Shown: in pieces, positions 48,943-61,331 of the stretch | Numbering within the stretch: the stretch's first letter is position 1 | How the letters are laid out: each line of letters opens with the position of its first letter | Source: an uncultured Actinomycetota bacterium | Lineage (GTDB): Bacteria; Actinomycetota; Actinomycetes; Prado026 | DNA: 64,000 nucleotides | Direction of reading: 5' to 3' | Assembly (NCBI GenBank): GCA_963771835.1 | Contig: CAVYVA010000001.1 | Coordinates: 1,013,347-1,077,346 of the forward strand | Notes under the pieces: model-generated | What the model saw: only the letters and a program-made list of their open reading frames with translations | What the model was told of the DNA's origin: nothing | The model's database searches: none | Translations under genes and position numbers: made by a program

Positions 48943-50311
48943 CGGCGTCGTCCCCGGGAACCGGGAGCAGGTCCACGAGCGCGGCGTCGGGGACGTACGT
49001 CCAGCGCGGCAGGTGCCGCGCGGCGTACACGAGCTCGCGGCACTCCTGCTCCACCTCGAAGGCCGGCAGCAGCGTCTCGTCGAACAGCCCGTCCACGCCG
49101 CCCGCGGCCAGACCGGCGCGGTACGACGCGAGGAACGTCTCGCGGACCCGCCGGGTCCAGTCCCGCACCCGGCCGGCGTCCGCATGCCCGGTGCGCCGAT
49201 CGACGATCCGGCCGACGTGGTCCAGCGCGCGGAGCATGCCCGCGACGTCGCGGGCCGCGGGCTGGGGCAGGTCCCGCTCGGCGGCCGGCAGCACCGGGTT
49301 CCCGTCGAAGTCGGACACGGCGTAGCCGCCGTCCCAGCGCAGCACCTGCCCCACGTGCAGGTCGCCGTGGACGCGGATCATCGCGGTGCCGGCCGCCGCT
49401 GCGAGGCCGTGCCCGATGACCGCCCGGGCGTGCTCGGCTCGACGCCGGAACCGGTCCCCCGCCGCCGCCACGGTCACGGTCCGGGCCTCGTCAACCGTGC
49501 GCAGCGCGCGGTCGAGCCAACGCGCGACGTCGACCGGCGTCGCGGGCGTGACCGGCACCGGGCAGCCGGCCCATGCCGTCGCGAAAGCCGTGTGCATGCC
49601 GGCGACGAGGGTGCCGAGCTCGGCTGCGGGCGCCACCGCGGAGTCGGCGTCGATGCCGCCCGGCCAGGAACGCGGTCAGGTCCTCGACGGACCAGTCCCA
49701 GCCGTCGAGCGCGCCCGGCAGGTGACGGGAGACCGAGGCCACGAGCAGCTGCCCTCGCTCCGAGCGGTGCAGCAGGAAGCCGACCGGTGCCGGGGTCGAC
49801 CGTGAAGCCGACCGCGTCCAGGTGCCGCATCGCGGCGACGGACGGTGGCAGCGACGGCACCGGCTCGACGTGCACCGACCACTTCACGACGACCGCGTCG
49901 TCGGTGCCGGCGCCGACGACCACCGAGTCGTGCGTCTGGTCGACGTCGACCGGCGACTCCCCCACCGCGACGACGGGGTGCAGCGGGACGACGTCGAACG
50001 GTCCCGCCGGCCGCCGGCGCGCGCAGCAGCGCGAGCAACGCCTCGGCCGCGCCGTCGCCCGGTCCGGCCCGCCGCAGGCCGCCCGCGGCCGACGCGTCGC
50101 CGACCAACGGCACCGACAGCGTCGCCCCCGCCGAGTCCGCGACCACGCTCGCCCAGACCGGGGCGTCCGCGGCGCCGGCGGGCAGCTCGAGCGCGTCGAC
50201 CAGTCGCAGCGGGAGCGCCAGCCGGGACTCCTCGCCGGCCCGACGGCCGGGCAGCAGCTGCGCCGGGGCAGCCCGGCCCACGGCCGTGGCGAGCGCGAGG
50301 ACGGCCGTCAC
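48935..50311 (-). pseudogene. maltokinase (Mak/Pep2)-like sugar/aminosugar kinase, three frame disruptions as assembled
   Basis: Catalytic core IRVHGDLHVGQVLRWDGGYAVSDFDGNPVLPAAERDLPQPAARDVAGMLRAL and tail FEVEQECRELVYAARHLPRW. The N-terminal cap pieces (VTAVLALATAVG...; PFDVVPLHPVVAVGESPVDVDQTHDSVVV...; PAPVGFLLHRSERGQLLVASVSRHLPGALDGWDW) lie in the other frames, with shifts at ~50002, 49790 and 49658. Its GTG overlaps the glycosyltransferase stop (GTGA at 50308-50311). Confidence 0.72.
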
Positions 50312-51623
50312 CGCTGCGCCGAGCGACCGACCTGCTCGAGGATGTCGGCGGCCCGGGTGCGCCCGTCGCGGGCGCGGATCGTCGCGCCGTTCGCCGCCAT
50401 CCGCTCCCGCAGCTCGTGGTCCGCGAGCAGCCGGTCGACCGCGCCGGTCAGCTCCGCGTCGGTGAACGCGTACGTGCTCAGCCGCACGCCGAAGCCGGTC
50501 TCGTCGACGCGCTGGGCGTTGTCGTACTGGTCCCAGAACAGCGGCAGCACCACCATCGGCTTGCCGTGGTGGAACGCCTCGGTGGTCGTGTTGTTGCCGC
50601 CGTGCGTGATGACGAGGTCGACGAGCGGCAGCAACGTGGTCTGCGGCAGGAACTCGGCGCCCCACATGTTCGGCGCGAGGTCGTACTCCGCGGCCTGCGG
50701 CCCCTTGGAGACGATGTAGCGGTGCGGGGTGTCCGCCAGCACCGACGACCAGGCGGCGCATCAGGTCGACGTCCGCCGAGCCGAGCGAGCCCAGGGACAG
50801 GTACACGAGCGCGCTGCCGTCGGGGCGCTGCGTGATCGACGACGGCAGCTCGACCGGCCGGTCCGTGGTGCGCACCGACGAGTCGAGCCGGTGCCAGGTC
50901 GGGCCCAGCGGCCGCGCATCGGTGTAGTCGGCGACCTCCGGGTAGACGTACAGGTTGGCGTGCTCGGACGTCGGCACGAACTCCAGGTCCGGCAGCGGCG
51001 CGGCGCCCTGCTCGACGCACCACTGGTCGAAGTCCGCCCACAGCGCGCGGTGCGTCCGGTCGTACTCCTTGCGGAAGTCGGCCCACTGGGACCGGTCGGC
51101 CGACGGCAGGCCGGAGTACGCGGGCGGGATGTCCGGCCCCCGGCACCTCGAGCGGGTTGCACGACACCATCCGGACGAACGGGACCCCGGCGGTCGTGAG
51201 CGCCGGGAACGCCACCACGTTGTCCTCGACGATGACGTCGGGCCGGTTGCGCCCGATGATCTCGCGCAGCTGCGGCTCGCAGTACCGGGCGCCGTCGATC
51301 AGCGCCTGCCAGGTCGGGGCCATGAACGTCTCGAGCTGCTCGATGGTCGGCTTGCGGAACTCGGGCGCGGTGTCCCGGATGAACTCCTTCCAGAACGCAC
51401 CCGGGTCCTGGTCGGCGGCCGCGCCGGAGCCCGCCGGCGCCGGTTCCGGCGGCGGCGAGAGGTGGACGAGGTCCTCCTCGAAGCCGAGCGCGGCCAGCTT
51501 GCCGTCCCAGGACGCCTCCGCCGCGAACACGACCCGGTGGCCGCGGCGCAGCAGGATCTCGCCGACCCCCACGCAGTTGTTCGTCGGCCCGTACGCGGAC
51601 TCGGGCATGAACAGGAACGTCAT
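50308..51623 (-). pseudogene. GT1-family (MGT/UDP-glycosyltransferase-like) glycosyltransferase, two frame disruptions as assembled
   Basis: MTFLFMPESAYGPTNNCVGVGEILLRRGHRVVFAA... | ...PPAYSGLPSADRSQW...FVPTSEHANLYVYPE...LVYLSLGSLGS... | ...VLADTPHRYIVSKGP...VDLVITHGGNNTTTEAFHHGKPMVVLPLFWDQYDNA. Shifts at ~51139 (a run of c) and ~50747. Confidence 0.78.
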
Positions 51624-51725
51624 CGGACGGTCGGGCACGGGCACCTCACGTTCTGCTGGGCTGTGTCTGGCCGGCTGCGAGCCCACGCATCGTACTGACG
51701 CCGGGTCAGCCCTAGGCTGACCGCC

Positions 51726-52109
51726 ATGAGCGTCGCCGAGTCGCCTCAGCCCGTCCACCCGCTGCTGGTCGGCATCCCCGCGGAGGTCCTCGCCGGGGAC
51801 CTGGAGGACTGGGGCCCGCGGGTCGGCGCCGACTCCGGCGACCCGCGCATGTCCGGGCTGACGTTCTTCGGCTCCGCCGACGGTCCGGTGGAGGTGGGCG
51901 TGTGGGCCTGCACGCCCGGCGGCTGGGCGATCAGCGACCGCCCGGACACCGAGAGCGTGCAGATCCTGGCCGGCCGGGCCCGGCTCACCGACGCCGGCGG
52001 CGGCTCGACCGAGCTCGGACCCGGCGACGTGCTCGTGCTGCCCCGCGGCTGGTCCGGCCGGTGGGACATCCTCGAGCCCGTGCGCAAGCTGTACGTCATC
52101 GTCCGCTAG
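51726..52109 (+). CDS. cupin-fold protein (DUF861/EutQ-like)
   Basis: 127 aa: VEVGVWACTPGGWAISDRPDTESVQILAGRARLTDAGGGSTELGPGDVLVLPRGWSGRWDILEPVRKLYV. Confidence 0.7.
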   Translation: MSVAESPQPVHPLLVGIPAEVLAGDLEDWGPRVGADSGDPRMSGLTFFGSADGPVEVGVWACTPGGWAISDRPDTESVQILAGRARLTDAGGGSTELGPGDVLVLPRGWSGRWDILEPVRKLYVIVR

Positions 52110-52157
52110 ATTGGATCCAATATCCAGCCTGCCGCACCCTGGGACCGGAGCCGACCG

Positions 52158-53339
52158 ATGCCTGACACCCCGCCCGTCGCCGCCCTCGACCTCATCGCCG
52201 CCGACTCGCTGCTGTCCGAGGACGAGCGGGCCATCCGGGACACCGTCCGGACCTATCTCGACCGCGAGGTCCGCCCGCACGTCGCCGGCTGGTTCGAGGC
52301 CGGCGAGCTGCCAGCCCGCGAGCTGGCCGCCGGGCTGGGCGGGCTGGGCGTGCTCGGCATGCACCTGCACGGGTACGGCTGCGCGGGCACCAGCGCCGTC
52401 GCGTACGGCCTGGCCTGCCTGGAGCTGGAGGCGGTCGACTCCGGGATCAGGTCGCTGGTCTCGGTGCAGGGGTCGCTCGCCATGTACGCGATCCACGCGT
52501 ACGGGTCGCGAGGACCAGCGTCAGGAGTGGCTGCCACGGATGGCCGCCGGCGAGGCGATCGGCTGCTTCGGGCTGACCGAGCCGGACTTCGGCTCGAACC
52601 CGGCCGGCATGCGCACCACCGCCAAGCCGGACGGCGACGACTGGGTGCTGGACGGCACCAAGATGTGGATCACCAACGGCGGGGTGGCCGACGTCGCGGT
52701 CGTCTGGGCGCGCACCGACGCCGGGATCCGCGGCTTCCTGGTCCCCACCGACACCCCCGGGTTCACCGCCAACCCGGTCAAGCACAAGCTGTCCCTGCGC
52801 GCGTCGGTGACCAGCGAGCTCGTGCTGGAGTCCGTCCGGCTGCCGGCGTCGGCGATGCTGCCCGGGGCTCAGGGGCTGGCCGGCCCGCTGGGATGCCTGA
52901 GCGAGGCCCGGTTCGGGATCGTCTTCGGCGTGCTCGGAGCGGCCAGGGACTGCCTGGACACGGCGGTCGCGTACGCGCTCAGCCGCGAGCAGTTCGGCCG
53001 GCCGATCGCGGGCGTTCCAGCTGACCCAGGCGAAGCTGGCCGACATGGCCCTGGAGCTGCAGAAGGGCTACCTGCTCGCACTGCACCTGGGCCGGCTCAA
53101 GGACGCCGGGGACGGTCACGCCGGAGATGGTGAGCGTCGGCAAGCTGAACAACGTCCGCGAGGCCATCGAGATCGCCCGCCAGGCCAGGACGATCCTCGG
53201 CGGCAGCGGGATCACCCTGGAGTACCCGATGCTGCGGCACGCCAACAACCTCGAGTCCGTGCTCACCTACGAGGGGACCAGCGAGATCCACACCTTGGTC
53301 GTGGGTCAGGCGCTCACCGGGATCCAGGCCTTCCGCTGA
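52158..53339 (+). pseudogene. gcdH: glutaryl-CoA dehydrogenase (acyl-CoA dehydrogenase family), three frame disruptions as assembled
   Basis: LLSEDERAIRDTVRTYLDREVRPHV...SLVSVQGSLAMYAIHAYGS | DQRQEWLPRMAAGEAIGCFGLTEPDFGSNPAGMRTTA...WITNGGVADVAVVWA...REQFGRPIAG | [32 protein letters not shown] | [59 protein letters not shown]. Shifts at ~52509, 53014 and 53108. Confidence 0.85.
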
Positions 53340-54025
53340 CCCGCTCGGGTCGGCGGTCGTCGGCGGCCACGGCAAGCACGGCCCTGATGTGCTCGACGGC
53401 GTGGTCGCGGTGCTCGGCGAGCAGGCGGACCGCCTCGTCCGCATCGGCGGAGCGCAGCGCGGCCAGCACCTGCCGGTGCTCGGCCGCCACCCGTTCGCGG
53501 TTCGCGCGGCTCCGAGTAGTACAGCGAGCGGTACGCGTCGGTCGCGTCCCACAGGATCCGCACCATCCGGACCAGCCGCGGCCGGTCCGACGCCGCGAAC
53601 AGGGCGAAGTGCAGGCTCCGGTTGGCCGCCGTCATCGCCGCGACGTCACCGGCCCGGCCCGCGTCCTCGCAGTCGGCGACCAGTGCCGCCAGCTCGTCGA
53701 GGCCGTCCGCGGTGAGCCGGGGCACGGCGGTCCGCACCGCCTCCTCCTCGAGCAGCTCGCGGATGCGGTACACCTCCTCGAGGTCCGCCAGGGACAGCTC
53801 GGCGACGAAGTACCCGCGGTGCGGCAGGTAGGTCACCGAGCCCTCGCCCTCGAGGATCTTCAGCGCCTCGCGCAACGGCACCCGCGACACGCCGAACCGC
53901 TCGGCCAGCGCGTCCTGCCGGACCTGCTCCCCCGGCCGCAGCTCGCCGCTGCCGATCGCCTGGCGCAGCGCCGCGAGCACCGCCTCCTGCGCGGTCGGCG
54001 GGCGCCGGAACGCCGGCTCCGTCAC
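53314..54025 (-). pseudogene. GntR family (FadR/FCD subfamily) transcriptional regulator, one frame disruption as assembled
   Basis: From GTG 54025 (GTGA overlap with the upstream stop): LRPGEQVRQDALAERFGVSRVPLREALKILEGEGSVTY, then the FCD domain. After ...YRSLYYSEPR (~53503, an extra g) the sequence NRERVAAEHRQVLAALRSADADEAVRLLAEHRDH... continues in the +1 frame to TGA 53316-53314. Confidence 0.8.
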
Positions 54026-55179
54026 CGCCGCGCCAGCCAGGTCGCGAGCCAGTCGTCGTCGGCGCCCACGGACGGGGGCCGCGTCCGGTAGGTCACCGGG
54101 GTCGCGGACAGCCCGATGGGGTCGGCGATCGTCCGGACGCCGCCGGCGTCGGCCACCGGGTCCAGGCCCAGGGCGTCGGCCAGCCGCACCGCCTCGGCGA
54201 CGTCGTTGATGGGGCCGCACGGGACTCCGGCGGCCGTCAGCCCCTGGACCCAGTCGGCGGCGGGACGGTGCGCCAGCTCGGCCGTCAGGGCCGCCGCCAG
54301 CTCGTCCCGGTGCCCGACCCGCGCCGGGTTGGTCGCGAACCGCGGGTCGTCGGCGAGGGCGGGCCGGCCGAGGACCTCGCACAGTGCGCGGAACTGCCGG
54401 TCGTTGCCGACGGCGACGGCGAGCGGCCGGTCCGCCGTCGGCAGCACCTCGTACGGCGCGATCGAGGGGTGCCGGTTGCCGATGATGCCCGGCACGTCGC
54501 CCGCCTCCACGTACCCGCTGGTCTGGTTGACCAGGGCCGACAGCAACGAGGACAGCAGGTTGACCTCCACCCGCTGGCCCTGACCGGTGCGCTCACGGTG
54601 CCGGAGGGCGGCGAGCACGCCGACGGCGGCGTGCAGCCCGGTGACCACGTCGACGAGGGCCACCCCGACCTTCGTCGGCTCACCCGGCGCCGGCCCGGTG
54701 ACGCTCATGAGCCCGCCGACCGCCTGCACGAGCAGGTCGTAGCCGGGCAGGTCCGCGCCGGCGCCCCGGCCGAAGCCGGTGATCGAGGCGTAGACGACGC
54801 CGGGGTTCGCGATCCGGACCGCGTCGTACCCGAGCCCCAGCCGGTCCAGGCCACCCGGCTTGAAGTTCTCCACGACGACGTCGGCCCGCTCGACCAGCGA
54901 GCGGGCCGCCGCGAGGTCCGGGTCGGAGCCGAGGTCGAGTCGCACCGACCGCTTGTTGCGGTTGACGCCGAGGAAGTAGGTGGACTCCCCGCCGTCGGAC
55001 CAGGGCGGGCCCCAGGCCCGGGTGTCGTCACCGTCCGGCGGTCGCTCGACCTTGACCACGTCGGCGCCCAGGTCGCCGAGCAGCATGGTGGCGTACGGAC
55101 CGGCGAGGACCCGGCTGAAGTCGGCGACGAGGACGCCGTCCAGCGGGCCGGCGGGAGACATGTCGGATACTTTATCCAA
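54022..55179 (-). CDS. family III CoA-transferase (CaiB/BaiF family)
   Basis: 385 aa: LDGVLVADFSRVLAGPYATMLLGDLGADVVKVE, NRNKRSV, ENFKPGGLDRLGLGY, ITGFG...PGYDLLVQAVGGLMSVTG. Confidence 0.88.
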   Translation of the reverse strand: MDKVSDMSPAGPLDGVLVADFSRVLAGPYATMLLGDLGADVVKVERPPDGDDTRAWGPPWSDGGESTYFLGVNRNKRSVRLDLGSDPDLAAARSLVERADVVVENFKPGGLDRLGLGYDAVRIANPGVVYASITGFGRGAGADLPGYDLLVQAVGGLMSVTGPAPGEPTKVGVALVDVVTGLHAAVGVLAALRHRERTGQGQRVEVNLLSSLLSALVNQTSGYVEAGDVPGIIGNRHPSIAPYEVLPTADRPLAVAVGNDRQFRALCEVLGRPALADDPRFATNPARVGHRDELAAALTAELAHRPAADWVQGLTAAGVPCGPINDVAEAVRLADALGLDPVADAGGVRTIADPIGLSATPVTYRTRPPSVGADDDWLATWLARR

Positions 55180-55197
55180 TCCGACGGAGGCGCTGCC

Positions 55198-55401
55198 TCA
55201 GGGCGTGCGCGCGGACGACGGGCGACCTTCGTTGCCCTCGTCGAAGGTCGAGCGCATCCGCAGGTCGCGCCGGGGGTCGGCCACCGCGCAGGCGTCCCTG
55301 GACTGCACGCGGCCGAGCAGCGCGCCGACCAGGAGCATGACTCCCACGGCAAGAACGGCGTAGCCGATCACCTGCGCCATGGCCGGAGAGTACCCGGGCA
55401 C
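55198..55401 (-). CDS. hypothetical small membrane protein (probable start ATG 55380)
   Basis: MAQVIGYAVLAVGVMLLVGALLG forms a single TM helix, followed by a charged tail. It lies in the gap between rlmN and the CoA-transferase. No homology recognised. Confidence 0.35.
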   Translation of the reverse strand: MPGYSPAMAQVIGYAVLAVGVMLLVGALLGRVQSRDACAVADPRRDLRMRSTFDEGNEGRPSSARTP

Positions 55402-55458
55402 AGCGCTTCCCGCGCCCGCCGGGCGGGTTCTTCCCCGAAGTTGCGGCGCGGGAAGGGC

Positions 55459-56598
55459 TCAGGCACCGCCGGCCGCCAGCTGCCCGCAGGCGCCGTCGAT
55501 CTCCCGGCCGCGGGTGTCCCGGACCGTGGTCGGCAGGCCGTGCGCGCGCAGGGTCCGGACGAACGCCCGCTCGACCGCCGGGTCGCTGGCCGTCCAGCGC
55601 GAGCCCGGCGTCGGGTTGAGCGGGATCGGGTTCACGTGCACCCAACCCTTCCCCCGCTCGGTCAGCAGCCGCCCCAGCAGGTCGGCCCGCCAGGCCTGGT
55701 CGTTGACGTCGCGGATCAGCGCGTACTCGATGCTCACCCGTCGCCCGGTGACCTCGAAGTAGCGCCGGGCGGCGTCCAGCACGTCCGCGACCTTCCACCG
55801 CGTGTTCAGCGGGACCAGCTCGTCCCGCGCCGCGTCGTCCGGCGCGTGCAGGCTCAGCGCCAGCGTGACCGGGATGCCCTCGCCGGCCAGCCGGTCCATC
55901 GCCGGGACCAGCCCGACCGTCGACACCGTGATCCCGCGCGCCGACAGCCCCAGGCCGTCCGGCGCCGGGTCGGTCAGCCGCCGCACCGCGCCGAGCGCGG
56001 CCTTGTAGTTCGCAAGGGCCTCGCCCATCCCCATGAACACGACGTTGCCGACCCGGCCGGGGCCGCCGGCGCCGCCGGAACCCGCGCCTGCGGCCAGGGC
56101 CCGGGCCGCGTCCACGACCTGCTCGACGATCTCGGCGCTGGACAGGTTGCGGGTCAGCCCGGCCTGGCCGGTCGCGCAGAAGGGACAGTTCATCCCGCAG
56201 CCGGCCTGGGAGGACACGCACACGGTGGCCCTGGCTGCGCTGGTCGCGGTGCGCGCGTACAGCATCAGCACCGACTCGACGAGCGTCCCGTCGAACAGGC
56301 GCCACAGGGTCTTTCGGGTCATCCCGTCGTCGCACTCCATCGTGCGGACCGGCTCCATGAGCGTCGGCGTGAGGGCCTGGGCCAGCGTGGCTCGGACCCC
56401 CGCCGGGACGTCGGTCCACTGCTGCGGGTCGGTCGACAGCCGGTGGAAGTACTGCGCGGCCACCTGGCGGGCCCGGAACTGCGGCTGGCCGAGCCCGGCC
56501 ACGACGTCGGCGCGCTCGGCCGGTGTCAGGTCGGCCAGGTGGACCGGCGGCTTGGTCCGGCGCGGGGCGACGAACGTCAGCTCGCCGGGGGCGGGCAC
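55459..56598 (-). CDS. rlmN: 23S rRNA/tRNA (adenine-C2)-methyltransferase, radical SAM
   Basis: 379 aa: [75 protein letters not shown]. Confidence 0.95.
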   Translation of the reverse strand: MPAPGELTFVAPRRTKPPVHLADLTPAERADVVAGLGQPQFRARQVAAQYFHRLSTDPQQWTDVPAGVRATLAQALTPTLMEPVRTMECDDGMTRKTLWRLFDGTLVESVLMLYARTATSAARATVCVSSQAGCGMNCPFCATGQAGLTRNLSSAEIVEQVVDAARALAAGAGSGGAGGPGRVGNVVFMGMGEALANYKAALGAVRRLTDPAPDGLGLSARGITVSTVGLVPAMDRLAGEGIPVTLALSLHAPDDAARDELVPLNTRWKVADVLDAARRYFEVTGRRVSIEYALIRDVNDQAWRADLLGRLLTERGKGWVHVNPIPLNPTPGSRWTASDPAVERAFVRTLRAHGLPTTVRDTRGREIDGACGQLAAGGA

Positions 56599-56601
56599 CC
56601 G

Positions 56602-57579
56602 TCAGCCTCCGGCGAAGACGGTGAGCAGCACGTACGCCACCGGCGCGACCGGCAGCAACGAGTCGAGCCGGTCCATGATCCCGCCGTGGCCGGGCAGGAG
56701 CCGGCCCATGTCCTTGATCCCCAGGTCCCGCTTCACGGCGGACTCGGCGAGGTCGCCGAGCGTGGCGGCGACGACGACAGCAGCGCCCAGCGCCGCGCCC
56801 TGCCACCAGTGCAGGTGCAGCAGCCAGACCGACAGGACCGAACCGCCGACCAGGCAGGCGAGCACCGAACCGCCGAAGCCCTCCCACGTCTTCTTCGGGC
56901 TGATGCCCGGGGCCAGCGGGTGCCGGCCGAACAGCACTCCGGCCGCGTAGCCGCCGACGTCGCTGCACACGGTCGTCGCCATGAACACGACGATGCGGTC
57001 GGCCCCCGACGGCTGCGCGAACATCAGCGCGGCGAACCCGCCGAGGAAGGGCACGTAGGTGGCCGCCCACACGCCCGCCGAGGTGTCCCGGACCGAGTGC
57101 TCCGGACCGGCCGGCAACCGCCAGAACACGATGACCAGCACGGTCGCCGCGTACGCGACCGCGAGTCCGGGCAGGCCGCCGGAGTACGCGCAGACGACCA
57201 TCGCGACCGTGCCGCCGAGCAGCGGCATCCGCGGCGGGGCGATGCCGGCGCTCATCAGCGCGGTGACCAGCTCGGCGACCGCGATCACGAACGCGACGAC
57301 GACAACGGCGACGAAGCCGCGCGGGAACCAGTAGATGGTCGCCAGGACCAGGACGCCGAGCGCGACACCGACGACCGTGGCGGCGACGAGGTTGCGTCCC
57401 GCCCGACGGGCCGGCGTCCCGTCGGCCGCGGGCTCGGGGGCCGGTGGCTCCGGGGCGGGCCCGTCGTTCACGGACCGGCTCGCCGGCTCGGCGGGTCGGT
57501 CGGCCGGGTCGGGGGCTGGTTCCGCGCTCACGTCGGCGGGCTGGGTCATCGGTTCACGGGGCATCGGCCATGGGGTCAC
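56602..57579 (-). CDS. cdsA: phosphatidate cytidylyltransferase
   Basis: 325 aa, multi-TM, with the C-terminal CTP-transferase-1 signature SAVKRDLGIKDMGRLLPGHGGIMDRLDS. Confidence 0.9.
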   Translation of the reverse strand: MTPWPMPREPMTQPADVSAEPAPDPADRPAEPASRSVNDGPAPEPPAPEPAADGTPARRAGRNLVAATVVGVALGVLVLATIYWFPRGFVAVVVVAFVIAVAELVTALMSAGIAPPRMPLLGGTVAMVVCAYSGGLPGLAVAYAATVLVIVFWRLPAGPEHSVRDTSAGVWAATYVPFLGGFAALMFAQPSGADRIVVFMATTVCSDVGGYAAGVLFGRHPLAPGISPKKTWEGFGGSVLACLVGGSVLSVWLLHLHWWQGAALGAAVVVAATLGDLAESAVKRDLGIKDMGRLLPGHGGIMDRLDSLLPVAPVAYVLLTVFAGG

Positions 57580-57584
57580 GGTGC

Positions 57585-58142
57585 TCAGACCTCGAGCAGC
57601 TCTGCTTCCTTGTGCTTGAGCAGCTCGTCGATGCTTGCGACGTACTTGTGCGTGACGTCCTCCAGGTGCTTCTCAGCGCGGCGCACCTCGTCCTCCCCGG
57701 TGTCGCCGTCGTCCGCGAGCTTCTCCAACGCTGCCATCGCGTGCCGCCGGATGTTGCGCACGGCCACCCGCGCGTCCTCGGCCTTGGTCTTCGCGAGCTT
57801 CACGTACTCCCGGCGGCGCTCCTCGGTCAGCTGCGGGAACGCCACCCGGATGACGGTCCCGTCGTCGGTCGGGTTCACGCCGAGGTCGCTGTCCCGGATG
57901 GCCTTCTCGATCGCGGTCAGCGAGCCCTTGTCGTACGGCGTGATCGTGACCATCCGCGCGTCCTGGACGTGGAACGAGGCCATCTGCGGGATCGGGGTCG
58001 GGGTGCCGTAGTAGTCCGCCTGGATCTTGTTGAACATCGCCGGGTGCGCCCGACCGGTACGGATGCCGGCGAAGTCCTCGCGGGCCACCGCCACGGCCTT
58101 GTCCATCTTCTCCTCGGCCTCGAGGAGAGTGTCGTCGATCAC
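57585..58142 (-). CDS. frr: ribosome recycling factor
   Basis: 185 aa: [28 protein letters not shown]..., [20 protein letters not shown]..., [11 protein letters not shown]. Confidence 0.97.
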   Translation of the reverse strand: MIDDTLLEAEEKMDKAVAVAREDFAGIRTGRAHPAMFNKIQADYYGTPTPIPQMASFHVQDARMVTITPYDKGSLTAIEKAIRDSDLGVNPTDDGTVIRVAFPQLTEERRREYVKLAKTKAEDARVAVRNIRRHAMAALEKLADDGDTGEDEVRRAEKHLEDVTHKYVASIDELLKHKEAELLEV

Positions 58143-58210
58143 CGGCGTCTCCCTGTCGTCCTCACGGGCGCTGTGGTTCCAGCGGGCGCTGTCGTTCCAG
58201 CGGGCGGCGG

Positions 58211-60974
<2,764 letters not shown>

Positions 60975-61331
60975 GGCCGCGTTCTCCTTCGTGGGCCCGT
61001 CGGACGCGTCCTGGCGCCCGGGCGGTGCCCGGCTCGGTTCGTCGGGCCCGGGCGGTCGCCCGGGCCCTGCCTGACGCCCTGCTCCGGTCCGACCCGCTCG
61101 CGCGGGACCGAGGGACCGCCCGGAGCCGTGCGGCTCCGGGGAGGACGTGCGAAGTGGTGGTGCGCCCGGGCGGACCCGAGCCGGGCCAGTGTACGGGACG
61201 GGCTCCGGCCCGGGCGACCCGCCGGACGGCCGGCCCGACCCTTCGTCCACAGGCTCCGGCGGCGTGCTCGGGCGTGCACAGCGGGGAACGCACGGGACCC
61301 GGTGCGCGCGCCCGACCGAGAGGGTTGCGGC

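Noticed and set aside
54268-58011. 1247-aa plus-strand ORF opposite the CoA-transferase, rlmN, cdsA and frr
   Set aside because: Antisense shadow ORF with R/G/P/D low complexity. The opposite-strand genes are unambiguous.
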